From positions 360,001 to 392,000 of the forward strand of contig NZ_CP045650.1 in NCBI RefSeq assembly GCF_009557235.1: DNA of 32,000 nucleotides. The letters run 5' to 3'. Below, piece by piece: positions 8,411 to 16,893 of this stretch; position 1 is the stretch's first letter, and each line of letters opens with the position of its first letter. The notes beneath the pieces are model-generated. The model saw only the letters and a program-made list of their open reading frames with translations, was not told the origin of the DNA and searched no databases. This DNA is from Acinetobacter wanghuae (GTDB lineage: Bacteria; Pseudomonadota; Gammaproteobacteria; Pseudomonadales; Moraxellaceae). The translations under genes were made by a program, and so were the position numbers.

Positions 8411-11400
8411 TTAAGATTCGGTTGCAGTATTGGCTTTCTTCGGAGGACGACCACGTGGACGACGTGGACGAGCAGGGGATTTCTCTGCTTTCTCTGCATC
8501 TGATTCTTCAGTTTCTACTGAATTATCAGTCACTTCTGAAGCTTCATCAGTTGCGGCAACCGTTGCCTTTTTAGGCTCTGTGGCTGCTTTCTTTGGTGTT
8601 TCAGCAGCGAGGTTTGCTTCAATGACTGCTTCTTGAACAACAGGTGCAACATTTTCGCTTACATTTGCAGGCGCTGATTCAGCAACCGTTGACGTAGATG
8701 TTGTCGCTTCTGCTGCAGTTTCCGAAGCAGGCGCTTCTACATGTGCAGTAGGTGCAGTTTCAGCTTGCGCTTGTTTCGCTTGCTCAAGTGCTTGTTCAGC
8801 AGCTAATTTTGCTAGGCGACGACGCTCACGCGGGTCATTTGCAACACGTTTGTCTGACACTGGTTTTGGCGGTGTTAAGTCTAAAACCGGTGCAGGTTCA
8901 GCTTCAACTTTTGCAACAGTTACTTGAACATCACGCGTCACCGGCTTTTTCTCTTCAGCAGGTACAGCATTTGCTTTCAAGCTTGCATTGTATTGCTCAG
9001 TAAATTTAAGCAATGCACGGTTGAAGGTTGGGAGTAAACCAAACTGTTCAATGAGTACTGAACAATCTTCACCGTAAACCTGACGAATCAAGCTACCGAC
9101 TGTGTACTGCGCTAACGTCGGTACTTGTGATGGTGGCACTTGCACAACTTGTGGCTGTGATGCTTGTGCAGCACGACGTTCACGACGACGTTGACGCGGA
9201 TCGTTACTTGCACGAACCACCTTGTCTTCTTTTGCAGCTGTTGGTTCAACAGGAGCAGCTGTTTTTACATGGGTAGCCACAGCAACTTCAGGTTTTACTT
9301 CTGGTGCAATCACTGGTGCTGGAGCAGCAGCTTTCACTTCAGGAGCAACGGCAGCAGGTGCTGTGTTCAGTGCAACGATTTCACTGTTTGCTTGATCAAT
9401 ATCAATGATCATGGCAGTTTTGAGCACGTCTTGACGCGGTACATCCACCAATTCAACACGAATTGGTTTTTCGTTTGCAGCAGGCGCTTCTGCAACAACT
9501 GGAGCAGCATTTTGCTGTACAGGTTGAGTCGCTGCTTGATCATTCAACACGCTTTGATCACGATGTCGTGTTGGGCGTTCAGGACGCTGTTGATTACGAC
9601 GATCACGACGTGGCACAGCTTGGTGTTCATTGTTTTGAACATCATGGTGTTGCTGTTGTGACTCGTTGTTGTGACGGCGACCGTTACGTTTGTTTTCACG
9701 CGCTTCTTGACGCTGTTCTTGACGAGAAACCTGAACCACTTCTTCAACAACTTGATGCTGTGGCGCAGCCGTTTCAGTTTGAACCGTTTGTTGCTCACGT
9801 GGTTCTTTGTGCTTGTTGTTACGTGGTTTTTTGTTGTTGCGCTGTGATTTCTCTTCACGCTCTACAGATTTCTCTGCATAGTCACGTTCTTGCTTATGTG
9901 CAACTGTTGATGGTGCAAGATACGCATTGTTTGCAGGTGCAGCAACAGGGTGCTGTACAGGCGCTGCCACAGGTTGAACAGCAGTATGTGCAACAGGTGC
10001 AGCTACTTGACCGAACTGACCACGGCTCACCGCACCGCCATTCACCATTTGCTCAATTGCAGCAGCTGCATTGTTTGCAGTGCGAGATTGGTCTACAGTC
10101 GCCGCTTGTTTTTGTACAAACAAGTTTTCTAACCATGCACATGGGCTGCTTGAAGCCACTTGCGCTTGAGCAGGTGCTTGTTGTACGACTTGCTGTTGTG
10201 GCGCTTGGTTTTGATTTGGATTGTTGTTGCGACGTTTGTTGTTATGTTTCGCATTGCTTTGCTGAGCAGGCGCAGCCGGTGCAGCAATTTGTACATTTTG
10301 CTCACCTTCTAAATGCCACTCAGAAGACTCATAACCCAATTCTTTTTCGCTAGAACGTGTTGCTTCAGTACGTTCATAGCTAGTTGGCGCAAAGCCTTCA
10401 GGGTTATACGAGATTTCGTAATGTGGTGTTTCTAAATGTGGATGCGGAAGTACAGTCACACGCGTGCTTGAAGTTTGCTCAAGGTAAACCAAGCTGTGAC
10501 GTTTTTCATTCAATAAGAATGCCGCAATTTCAACAGGCACTTGAACTTGAACTTCACCATGACGTTCACGAAGTGCAATCTCTTCCACTTTACGCATAAT
10601 CGAAAGTGACAATGAGCGTAAGTCACGTACCATACCTGTGCCATGACAGCGTGGGCAGACATAACCTGTTGCTTCTTCAAGAGAAGGACGTAAGCGTTGA
10701 CGGCTCATTTCCATTAAGCCAAAGCGTGATAATTGACCGAATTGGATACGGGCACGATCGCTTTGTGTTGCTTCACGAAGTTTCGCTTCTACCATACGTT
10801 GGTTGCGATCTTTCGTCATATCGATGAAGTCGATCACGACTAAACCACCGATATCACGTAAACGCAATTGGCGGGCAATTTCTTCAGCAGCTTCTAAGTT
10901 GGTGCTAAGCGCAGTTTCTTCTACGTCATGACCACGGGTTGATTTTGCTGAGTTGATGTCAATTGAAACCAAAGCTTCAGTTTGGTCAATCACAATTGAG
11001 CCGCCTGAAGGAAGTTTCACTTCACGTTCATAAGCAGTTTGAATTTGGCTTTCAATCGCGAAATGCGCGAACAAAGGTTCATTCAACGTATAGGTTTTGA
11101 GTTTGTCTAATTGAAGCGGCATCACAGCTTTAACAAAGTTATATGCTTCGTTATAGGCTTGCTCAGAATCAATTAAGATTTCTGCAACATCATCACGTAG
11201 ATAGTCACGAATCGCACGTGTTACCACGCCTGCTTCTTGATGAACCAACATTGGTGATGGACCAGAACTTGCAGTCGTTTGGATTTGCGCCCAAAGATCA
11301 AGCAAGTGTTGCAGGTCAAGTTGAAGTTCTTCTTGTGAACGACCGATACCCGCAGTACGTACAATCACGCTCATTGCGCGAGGTACATTTAAAGACGCCA

Positions 11401-11857
11401 ACATTTCTTTCAATTCTTCACGAACTGAACCTGAAATTTGACGACTAATACCGCCACCTTTTGGGTTGTTTGGCATAAGAACCAAATAACGACCTGCAAG
11501 TGAAATAAACGTTGAAAGGGCAGCGCCTTTGTTACCACGTTCTTCTTTTTCCACTTGAACCAAAAGCTCAGTGCCTTCAGTGATCAATTCACGGATATTA
11601 GATGTTTGGCGAGGGTCTGCTTTGTAGTAGCTGTTTGCAATTTCGCGCATCGACAAGAAACCTTGACGACCTGCACCATATTCAACAAAGACAGCTTCTA
11701 AAGAAGGTTCAACGCGAGTGACGTGACCTTTATAGATGTTCGATTTTTTTTGTTCACGGGTACGATTCTCTAAATCAAAATCGTAAAGACGCTGACCAGT
11801 GACGAGTGCAACGCGAATTTCTTCAGCATGTGTTGCATTAATCAACATACGTTTCAT
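8411..11857 (-). CDS. rne: Ribonuclease E
   Basis: 1148-aa ORF. The N-terminal half begins [19 protein letters not shown]..., has an S1 domain, and carries the Zn-link CPRCHGTG. The C-terminal ~640 aa is Q/A/P/V/R/E-rich low complexity with RRxRR segments, as in RNase E scaffold regions. The divergent rluC neighbour matches E. coli synteny. Confidence 0.97.
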   Translation of the reverse strand: MKRMLINATHAEEIRVALVTGQRLYDFDLENRTREQKKSNIYKGHVTRVEPSLEAVFVEYGAGRQGFLSMREIANSYYKADPRQTSNIRELITEGTELLVQVEKEERGNKGAALSTFISLAGRYLVLMPNNPKGGGISRQISGSVREELKEMLASLNVPRAMSVIVRTAGIGRSQEELQLDLQHLLDLWAQIQTTASSGPSPMLVHQEAGVVTRAIRDYLRDDVAEILIDSEQAYNEAYNFVKAVMPLQLDKLKTYTLNEPLFAHFAIESQIQTAYEREVKLPSGGSIVIDQTEALVSIDINSAKSTRGHDVEETALSTNLEAAEEIARQLRLRDIGGLVVIDFIDMTKDRNQRMVEAKLREATQSDRARIQFGQLSRFGLMEMSRQRLRPSLEEATGYVCPRCHGTGMVRDLRSLSLSIMRKVEEIALRERHGEVQVQVPVEIAAFLLNEKRHSLVYLEQTSSTRVTVLPHPHLETPHYEISYNPEGFAPTSYERTEATRSSEKELGYESSEWHLEGEQNVQIAAPAAPAQQSNAKHNNKRRNNNPNQNQAPQQQVVQQAPAQAQVASSSPCAWLENLFVQKQAATVDQSRTANNAAAAIEQMVNGGAVSRGQFGQVAAPVAHTAVQPVAAPVQHPVAAPANNAYLAPSTVAHKQERDYAEKSVEREEKSQRNNKKPRNNKHKEPREQQTVQTETAAPQHQVVEEVVQVSRQEQRQEARENKRNGRRHNNESQQQHHDVQNNEHQAVPRRDRRNQQRPERPTRHRDQSVLNDQAATQPVQQNAAPVVAEAPAANEKPIRVELVDVPRQDVLKTAMIIDIDQANSEIVALNTAPAAVAPEVKAAAPAPVIAPEVKPEVAVATHVKTAAPVEPTAAKEDKVVRASNDPRQRRRERRAAQASQPQVVQVPPSQVPTLAQYTVGSLIRQVYGEDCSVLIEQFGLLPTFNRALLKFTEQYNASLKANAVPAEEKKPVTRDVQVTVAKVEAEPAPVLDLTPPKPVSDKRVANDPRERRRLAKLAAEQALEQAKQAQAETAPTAHVEAPASETAAEATTSTSTVAESAPANVSENVAPVVQEAVIEANLAAETPKKAATEPKKATVAATDEASEVTDNSVETEESDAEKAEKSPARPRRPRGRPPKKANTATES

Positions 11858-12250
11858 GGGTGTAACACCTTATAGTGATACACAACAAAAAATCGCTATT
11901 CACGTAGCGAACATCATACAGTACGGATCAATGGCCCAGATCGGCAATGAACTTCATTGTGCTCTGAGTCTTTTATTACCTGCCTCTACTCTATATAGAT
12001 GGGCTTCGGTGTTTTGATTCACGTATTGATGATGGCAATACGGCTTCAATCCTTAAACGATTAAAGTCACCTGAACGTTTCACTGGCGGACGAGCGGTGC
12101 ATTGGATGTGTGTAACTTTCACTGTCACGTTGCTCGAAGATCCTCTCTTCTTTATAGATAGAGCGTCTTGATACGGAATTATCGTCGTATCTTTACAAAC
12201 TGTGCAGATCCAATGCATCAAACGCTGTAGCCTGAACGCGTCTTCAGGGT
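11858..12250 (-). promoter_or_regulatory. Probable long structured rne 5' leader (autoregulatory 5' UTR; upstream limit uncertain)
   Basis: The rne-rluC spacer is 769 bp with no credible ORF. Hairpins visible on the rne strand: GGTGT-A-ACACC covering the SD next to the ATG (11859-11869), CGCTA/TAGCG (11894-11909), GATACG/CGTATC (about 12168-12190), and CCTGAA/TTCAGG (about 12229-12247). In E. coli, RNase E autoregulates through a ~360-nt leader. Confidence 0.4.
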
Positions 12251-12626
12251 GCGACTAGTCTGATGTGTATCAGTTTACGTTTAAAAACCAACAAAGTTGG
12301 CGACATATTTTTCAGACAAACTGATTTATGTACCTGAGGTACAATTAAACGCAACAGTTTGCTTTTTTGCCGATATAATAAGCCTTCGGCGTCGGCATAA
12401 TTCTTTTGGGACCTTTGCGTAAATGTGAATGTTTTATTGAATGATCATGCTCAGTCAAAAACTGAAGCAATCCCATCTTTATTCACAAACGATGGTTTCC
12501 GTGCGCTGACTATATCAAACCTTGCATCATCTGCCTATGGGCTAAGCTTATGTTTCTTGTGTAAAGCATAGCCTAAATGATCAGTTTTTAATCAAATTTA
12601 GTTAATTTTTAGGTCTCAGTAACTGT

Positions 12627-13595
12627 ATGAATTCTACGCAACAATGGCAAAACGTCACTTGGTTTGAAGTGGATGAGCACCAAGATGGACAGCGAATCGA
12701 TAATTTTCTGTTTAGCCGTCTCAAAGGCGTGCCAAAAAGCCGCATCTACCGATTGATCCGTGAAGGCCAAGTTCGTGTTAATAAAAAACGTATTAAAGCG
12801 GAAACCAAACTTGCCATTGGCGACCAAATTCGGGTTGCTCCAATTCGTTATGAAATAAAAGAAGAAACGGACGCGCCTGTGTCAGACAAAGTGGCACAAA
12901 GCTTACTGAGCCGTATTGTTTATGAAGATGAAGGTTTGATGGTCGTCAATAAACCTTCAGGTATTGCAGTGCATGGCGGTAGCGGTGTGGCATATGGCTT
13001 AATTGAAGGCTTACGTGCAGCGAGTGGCAAAAAGTATTTAGAACTGATTCATCGTATTGACCGTGATACGTCAGGTCTAGTGATGATTTCTAAAAAACGC
13101 AGTACGCTGAAATTACTCCAAGACTTACTACGCGAACATAAGATTAAAAAGACCTATGTGGCTGTGGTTAAAGGTCAGGTAAGTTTAGACAAGCAACTTA
13201 TTAATGCTCCATTATTGCGTTATGAATTAGCCAATGGCGAACGTCGTGTGTGCGTGTCGAAAGATGGTAAAGAATCGAAAACACAGTGGAATGTGCAAGA
13301 ACGCTTTATGCATGGCACATTGGTGCATGCATCACCACTTTCAGGCCGTACCCATCAAATTCGTGTCCATGGTTTGAGTATTGGTCATCCTTTAATTGGT
13401 GATGATAAATACGGTCATGAAACGACATATAAAGGGCCTAAGCCACGTCGTCTGTGCCTTCATGCGATGCGTTTAGAAATTCCGGGTTATGCACCTATTG
13501 AAGCACCGATGCCTGAAGATATGCAAAGCTTGGTTGCGCAGCTTCGTGCGCAAAAGGCGGATAAGGTTATTACGTCTGTAGAAGATGATGAGTGA
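12627..13595 (+). CDS. rluC: 23S rRNA pseudouridine synthase C (RluA family with N-terminal S4 domain)
   Basis: 322-aa ORF with the motifs GQRIDNFL...LKGVPKS.IYR..R.G.VRVNKKR, HRIDRDTSG and GRTHQIRVH. It aligns with recalled E. coli RluC and is divergent from rne as in E. coli. Confidence 0.93.
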   Translation: MNSTQQWQNVTWFEVDEHQDGQRIDNFLFSRLKGVPKSRIYRLIREGQVRVNKKRIKAETKLAIGDQIRVAPIRYEIKEETDAPVSDKVAQSLLSRIVYEDEGLMVVNKPSGIAVHGGSGVAYGLIEGLRAASGKKYLELIHRIDRDTSGLVMISKKRSTLKLLQDLLREHKIKKTYVAVVKGQVSLDKQLINAPLLRYELANGERRVCVSKDGKESKTQWNVQERFMHGTLVHASPLSGRTHQIRVHGLSIGHPLIGDDKYGHETTYKGPKPRRLCLHAMRLEIPGYAPIEAPMPEDMQSLVAQLRAQKADKVITSVEDDE

Positions 13596-13781
13596 TTTCT
13601 AATTAATTCTCTCCCTAGGTAGCATAGCTGCGAAAGTCTCTATTCTTGCACGTCGTTTAAAGCAGTGCTTTAAACGCGTTCAGGAGAGGGGAAGTTGCGA
13701 TAGATGATCGAGTTGATTAGTCCAAGTAAGCTCATCTAATTATCGCTATTGCTATCCCGAATTTGAAAAATAATGGAAGCT

Positions 13782-13813
13782 CCCTCTCCTGATAGGAGAG
13801 GGCTGGGGAGAGG
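13782..13813 (+). repeat. Module-A intergenic repeat, copy A1 (CT-rich hairpin plus G-rich tail)
   Basis: CCCTCTCC (13782-13789), loop TGATA, GGAGAGGG (13795-13802), then CTGGGGAGAGG. Confidence 0.6.
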
Positions 13814-13874
13814 TAAAAGTAAAGCACAGCCGCATTTTGTAATTTTCAATCTAAATTTGATCGTGTAGGCGGTG

Positions 13875-13967
13875 TCTTACTTTTGACGGGTCAAAAGTAA
13901 CAAAACCCTTTTGTTGATCTGATGGCATGTCCCTATGCCACAGATCAACGGCGACATCCTTGTCGCC
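13875..13967 (+). repeat. Module-B structured intergenic repeat, copy B1
   Basis: TCTTACTTTT leader. Hairpin TTACTTTTGA/TCAAAAGTAA (13877-13900). Hairpin GTTGATCTG-A-TGGCAT [GTCCCT] ATGCCA-CAGATCAAC (13913-13949). Hairpin GGCGAC [ATCCTT] GTCGCC (13950-13967). Confidence 0.6.
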
Positions 13968-13983
13968 ATTGAGTAGCTAATAG

Positions 13984-14003
13984 TTGTTGTGATATCACAA
14001 CAA
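13984..14003. repeat. Perfect 20-bp palindrome TTGTTGTGAT|ATCACAACAA
   Basis: Read directly. It lies 87 nt upstream of the HAD-hydrolase ATG. Confidence 0.6.
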
Positions 14004-14022
14004 AAGTTATTTTGTAATAGAA

Positions 14023-14057
14023 CTCTCCCTCCTTTTTTAAAGGAGGGTTGGGGTGGA
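14023..14057 (+). repeat. Module-A intergenic repeat, copy A2
   Basis: CCCTCCTTT (14027-14035), loop TTT, AAAGGAGGG (14039-14047), then TTGGGGTGGA. Confidence 0.6.
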
Positions 14058-14089
14058 TTTAAACCGAATCAAATAAAGGAAAACCTGAG

Positions 14090-14758
14090 ATGAACTCACC
14101 TGTAAAACTGGTTATTTTCGACTGGGATGGCACTTTATTTGATTCAGTCAGTCAGATTGTGGCAAGTCTACAGTTCGCAGCTAAGCAATTTCATCAGCCT
14201 TTAACCGATGCTGATGCCAAAAGCATTATTGGATTGGGTTTGCCTGAAGTCGCAAAGCGCTTATTCCCCAACGTACCTGAGTTACACGCGGGTATTTTGC
14301 AAAGTTATTCAGATCACTACGTGGCGAATTCAACTGACAATGCGTGGTTTACAGGCGTTGCGGAGATGTTGGCTGAATTAAAAGCGCAAGGTGTCAAACT
14401 TGCCGTGGCAACGGGTAAAAGTCGTAAAGGTTTAGACCGTGTTTTAGCGCAAACAGAAAGCCAAGATATATTTGAGATTACACGAGCTGCAAGTGAAACC
14501 AAATCGAAACCTGATCCGTTGATGCTAGCTGAGATTTTGGCGGCAACTCATGTTAAGGCATCAGAAGCAATTATGGTCGGTGATACCTCTTATGATCTAG
14601 AAATGGCGCGCAATATCGACATGCCGCGTATTGGTGTGAGCTATGGTGTACACACAGTTGAAACCTTGGCACAGTTCGAACCCTTAGCAATTGCACATGA
14701 TGTGCAAGCATTACATCAATTGCTTATGGCGAAAGTTCAATGGAAACAAGCCATTTAA
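14090..14758 (+). CDS. HAD-superfamily hydrolase (phosphoglycolate-phosphatase-like subfamily IA)
   Basis: 222-aa ORF with AAGGAA upstream. HAD motif I is VIFDWDGTLFDS, motif II is the T in VATGKSR, and motif III/IV is K...VGDTSYD. Confidence 0.85.
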   Translation: MNSPVKLVIFDWDGTLFDSVSQIVASLQFAAKQFHQPLTDADAKSIIGLGLPEVAKRLFPNVPELHAGILQSYSDHYVANSTDNAWFTGVAEMLAELKAQGVKLAVATGKSRKGLDRVLAQTESQDIFEITRAASETKSKPDPLMLAEILAATHVKASEAIMVGDTSYDLEMARNIDMPRIGVSYGVHTVETLAQFEPLAIAHDVQALHQLLMAKVQWKQAI

Positions 14759-14967
14759 TTCAGTATTTTGTTTGAGCTTTTATGAATACATCTGAAATTA
14801 CTTCAAGGTGTATTCATTCGCTTGGGCATTGAGGGCTTTGGTCTAAGATTTTAGTCTAAGATTTGAGTCGTATGGATTTTAATCTATCTGCTTTATGCTT
14901 GAATTAGGTGTAATCCGCCTGAATTTTTTTATTAACCTTTTGTTTTTAATTAAAATAAATCAAAAAT

Positions 14968-14990
14968 ATTAATAGATAATAGCTATTGAT
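14968..14990 (+). promoter_or_regulatory. Candidate LysR-type T-N11-A box (ATTAAT-N11-ATTGAT) overlapping a putative mhpD -35
   Basis: ATTAAT agataatagct ATTGAT. TTGATA (14986-14991), a 19-nt spacer, then TATAAA (15011-15016), about 150 nt upstream of the mhpD ATG. It resembles the two boxes at hcaR/hcaE, but the region is very AT-rich, so a chance match is plausible. Confidence 0.3.
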
Positions 14991-15167
14991 AAAAATAAAA
15001 TAACTATTGGTATAAACCTCCCATTTTTCCGATGCTTAGACTGTTTATTTATATGCTTGCTTTGAGAAAAGCAGTCACATGGACTGTCGCAGGGCATCAT
15101 TTTCATGATTCCAGCCATCTTCAAAGCGTCAGCATACGTCTTATTTTTGCAGTTTAAGGAAACATTG

Positions 15168-15965
15168 ATGTCGAATTCTGCTGTTGTTGAATCTGTTGCT
15201 TTGGCACTTCGAGAAGCTGAACGCTCACAAACTGCGATTGCGCCCATTCGCCCACAACTTGGTGGTGAAAGTGCCGATGTAGATATCGCGTATGCGGTGC
15301 AAGAAGCCAATACGAAACGTGCTCTTGCTGAAGGTCGTCGTTTAGTGGGTCGTAAAATTGGCTTAACTTCTGTTGCTGTTCAAAAGCAATTGGGTGTGGA
15401 CTCGCCTGACTTCGGTATGTTGTTTGCAGACATGGCTTTTGGCGATGGTGAAGCAATCCCTGCAGGTCTTTTGATTCAGCCGAAAGTTGAAGCTGAAATT
15501 GCATTGGTGCTTAAAGCAGATTTGACCCAAGAAAAACACACTTACGCAGATATTATCAGTGCAACTGACTATGCATTGCCTGCGATTGAAGTGGTCGATA
15601 GCCGTATCGAAAACTGGAAAATCTCATTGATTGATACCGTGGCTGATAACGCATCTTCTGCAGGTTTCGTCTTGGGTTCTAAGCCAGTCAAACTTGAAAA
15701 TCTTGATCTTGTAAACTGCAAAATGGTCATGACGCGTGGTGATGAAGTCGTGTCTCAAGGTGTTGGTAGAGCATGTCTTTCTAACCCGCTCAATGCAGCG
15801 GTGTGGTTGGCGGATGAAATGGTTCGCCGTGGTCGTCCACTCCTTGCAGGTGACATCGTATTGACCGGTGCGTTAGGTCCAATGGTTGTTGCACATCCAG
15901 GTGATGAATTCAAAGTAGAAATCGAAGGCTTTGGTTCTGTAGTTGCTGTATTTGCTGCTGAATAA
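15168..15965 (+). CDS. mhpD: 2-keto-4-pentenoate (2-hydroxypentadienoate) hydratase
   Basis: 265 aa from the ATG at 15168 (AAGGAA 7 nt upstream). The track ORF starting at 15105 is an unsupported N-terminal extension. It aligns along its length with recalled E. coli MhpD (GRK.GLT...Q.QLGVD.PDFG.LFADM, VADNAS, LNAAVWLA, GD..LTGALGPMV). Confidence 0.93.
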   Translation: MSNSAVVESVALALREAERSQTAIAPIRPQLGGESADVDIAYAVQEANTKRALAEGRRLVGRKIGLTSVAVQKQLGVDSPDFGMLFADMAFGDGEAIPAGLLIQPKVEAEIALVLKADLTQEKHTYADIISATDYALPAIEVVDSRIENWKISLIDTVADNASSAGFVLGSKPVKLENLDLVNCKMVMTRGDEVVSQGVGRACLSNPLNAAVWLADEMVRRGRPLLAGDIVLTGALGPMVVAHPGDEFKVEIEGFGSVVAVFAAE

Positions 15966-15980
15966 TTGAGAAGAGACATC

Positions 15981-16883
15981 ATGAAAAAGATTAAATGTGC
16001 CTTAATTGGTCCAGGGAATATCGGTACAGATTTACTTTACAAATTACAACGTAGCGAATGGCTAGAGCCAGTATGGATGGTGGGGATTGACCCAACATCT
16101 GAAGGTCTTGCTCGTGCTGCGAAAATGGGTTTAAAAACCACCGCGGAAGGCGTGGATGGTCTTCTTCCTCACGTACTTGAAGATGACATCAAAATTGCAT
16201 TCGATGCGACGTCTGCATATGTACATGCTGAAAACAGCCGTAAGTTGAACGAACTTGGCGTGTTGATGATTGACTTAACACCAGCTGCAATTGGTCCATT
16301 CTGTGTACCACCAGTAAACTTAGCAAGCTTGCTAGATTCTGGTGAAGTGCAAAACGTCAACATGGTGACCTGTGGTGGTCAAGCAACCATTCCAATGATT
16401 GCTGCAATTGCGAGTGTTCAACCTGTGAACTATGGTGAGATCATCGCGACTGCTTCAACGAAATCAATTGGTCCTGGTACACGTAAAAACATCGATGAAT
16501 TTACCCGTACCACAGCGAGTGCGATTGAAAAAGTCGGTGGTGCGAAACAAGGTAAGGCCATCATCATCATTAACCCAGCTGAGCCACCAGTGTACATGCG
16601 CGATACTGTTCACTGTCTTGTTGAAGGTGAGCCTGATCAAGCTGCTATCACCAAAGCAGTGCATGCGATGATTGAACAAGTTCAGAAATACGTACCAGGT
16701 TATAAGCTTGTGAACGGTCCAGTATTTGATGGTAACCGTGTATCAATCTTCCTTGAAGTGGAAGGTCTAGGTGACTACCTACCAAAATATGCCGGTAACC
16801 TCGACATTATGACGGCTGCCGCTGCACGTACTGCAGAAATGTTCGCAGAGCGTTTAATCGCATCACAAGTTGCTGAAGCTTAA
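15981..16883 (+). CDS. mhpF: Acetaldehyde dehydrogenase (acetylating)
   Basis: 300 aa from the ATG at 15981 ([21 protein letters not shown]...). It has an NAD-binding GxGxxG N-terminus, the catalytic-Cys region [12 protein letters not shown], and sits between mhpD and mhpE as in meta-cleavage operons. Confidence 0.94.
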   Translation: MKKIKCALIGPGNIGTDLLYKLQRSEWLEPVWMVGIDPTSEGLARAAKMGLKTTAEGVDGLLPHVLEDDIKIAFDATSAYVHAENSRKLNELGVLMIDLTPAAIGPFCVPPVNLASLLDSGEVQNVNMVTCGGQATIPMIAAIASVQPVNYGEIIATASTKSIGPGTRKNIDEFTRTTASAIEKVGGAKQGKAIIIINPAEPPVYMRDTVHCLVEGEPDQAAITKAVHAMIEQVQKYVPGYKLVNGPVFDGNRVSIFLEVEGLGDYLPKYAGNLDIMTAAAARTAEMFAERLIASQVAEA

Positions 16884-16893
16884 GGAGCAGACC

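Noticed and set aside
8430-10353. Several long plus-strand ORFs antisense to rne (for example 9463-10353 at 296 aa, 9164-9661 at 165 aa, 8752-9003, 8430-8636).
   Set aside because: They lie inside the repetitive Q/A/P/V/R-rich scaffold half of RNase E, whose codon composition suppresses stop codons on the opposite strand. Their translations are low-complexity (C/H/L/Q/V-rich), have no SD-plus-start context, and match no recognisable family.
11991-12221. 76-aa minus-strand ORF inside the rne-rluC spacer.
   Set aside because: It has no SD, an odd composition, and lies within the hairpin-rich region best explained as the rne leader. It could only be reconsidered if ribosome profiling showed translation.
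15105-15167. N-terminal extensions in the ORF track for mhpD (15105), mhpF (15966), mhpE (16870), hcaE (22345), hcaD (26446), the catalase (31649) and the porin (18396).
   Set aside because: In each case an internal ATG a few codons downstream has a proper Shine-Dalgarno at 5-9 nt and gives an N-terminus matching the orthologue. The longer forms overlap the preceding gene or consume the SD.
14969-15504. Minus-strand ORFs of 113 aa (14969-15310) and 116 aa (15154-15504) opposite the mhpD start region.
   Set aside because: They are antisense to a confidently identified gene and its promoter. They have no SD, give low-complexity translations, and the 5' portion of one runs through extremely AT-rich promoter DNA.
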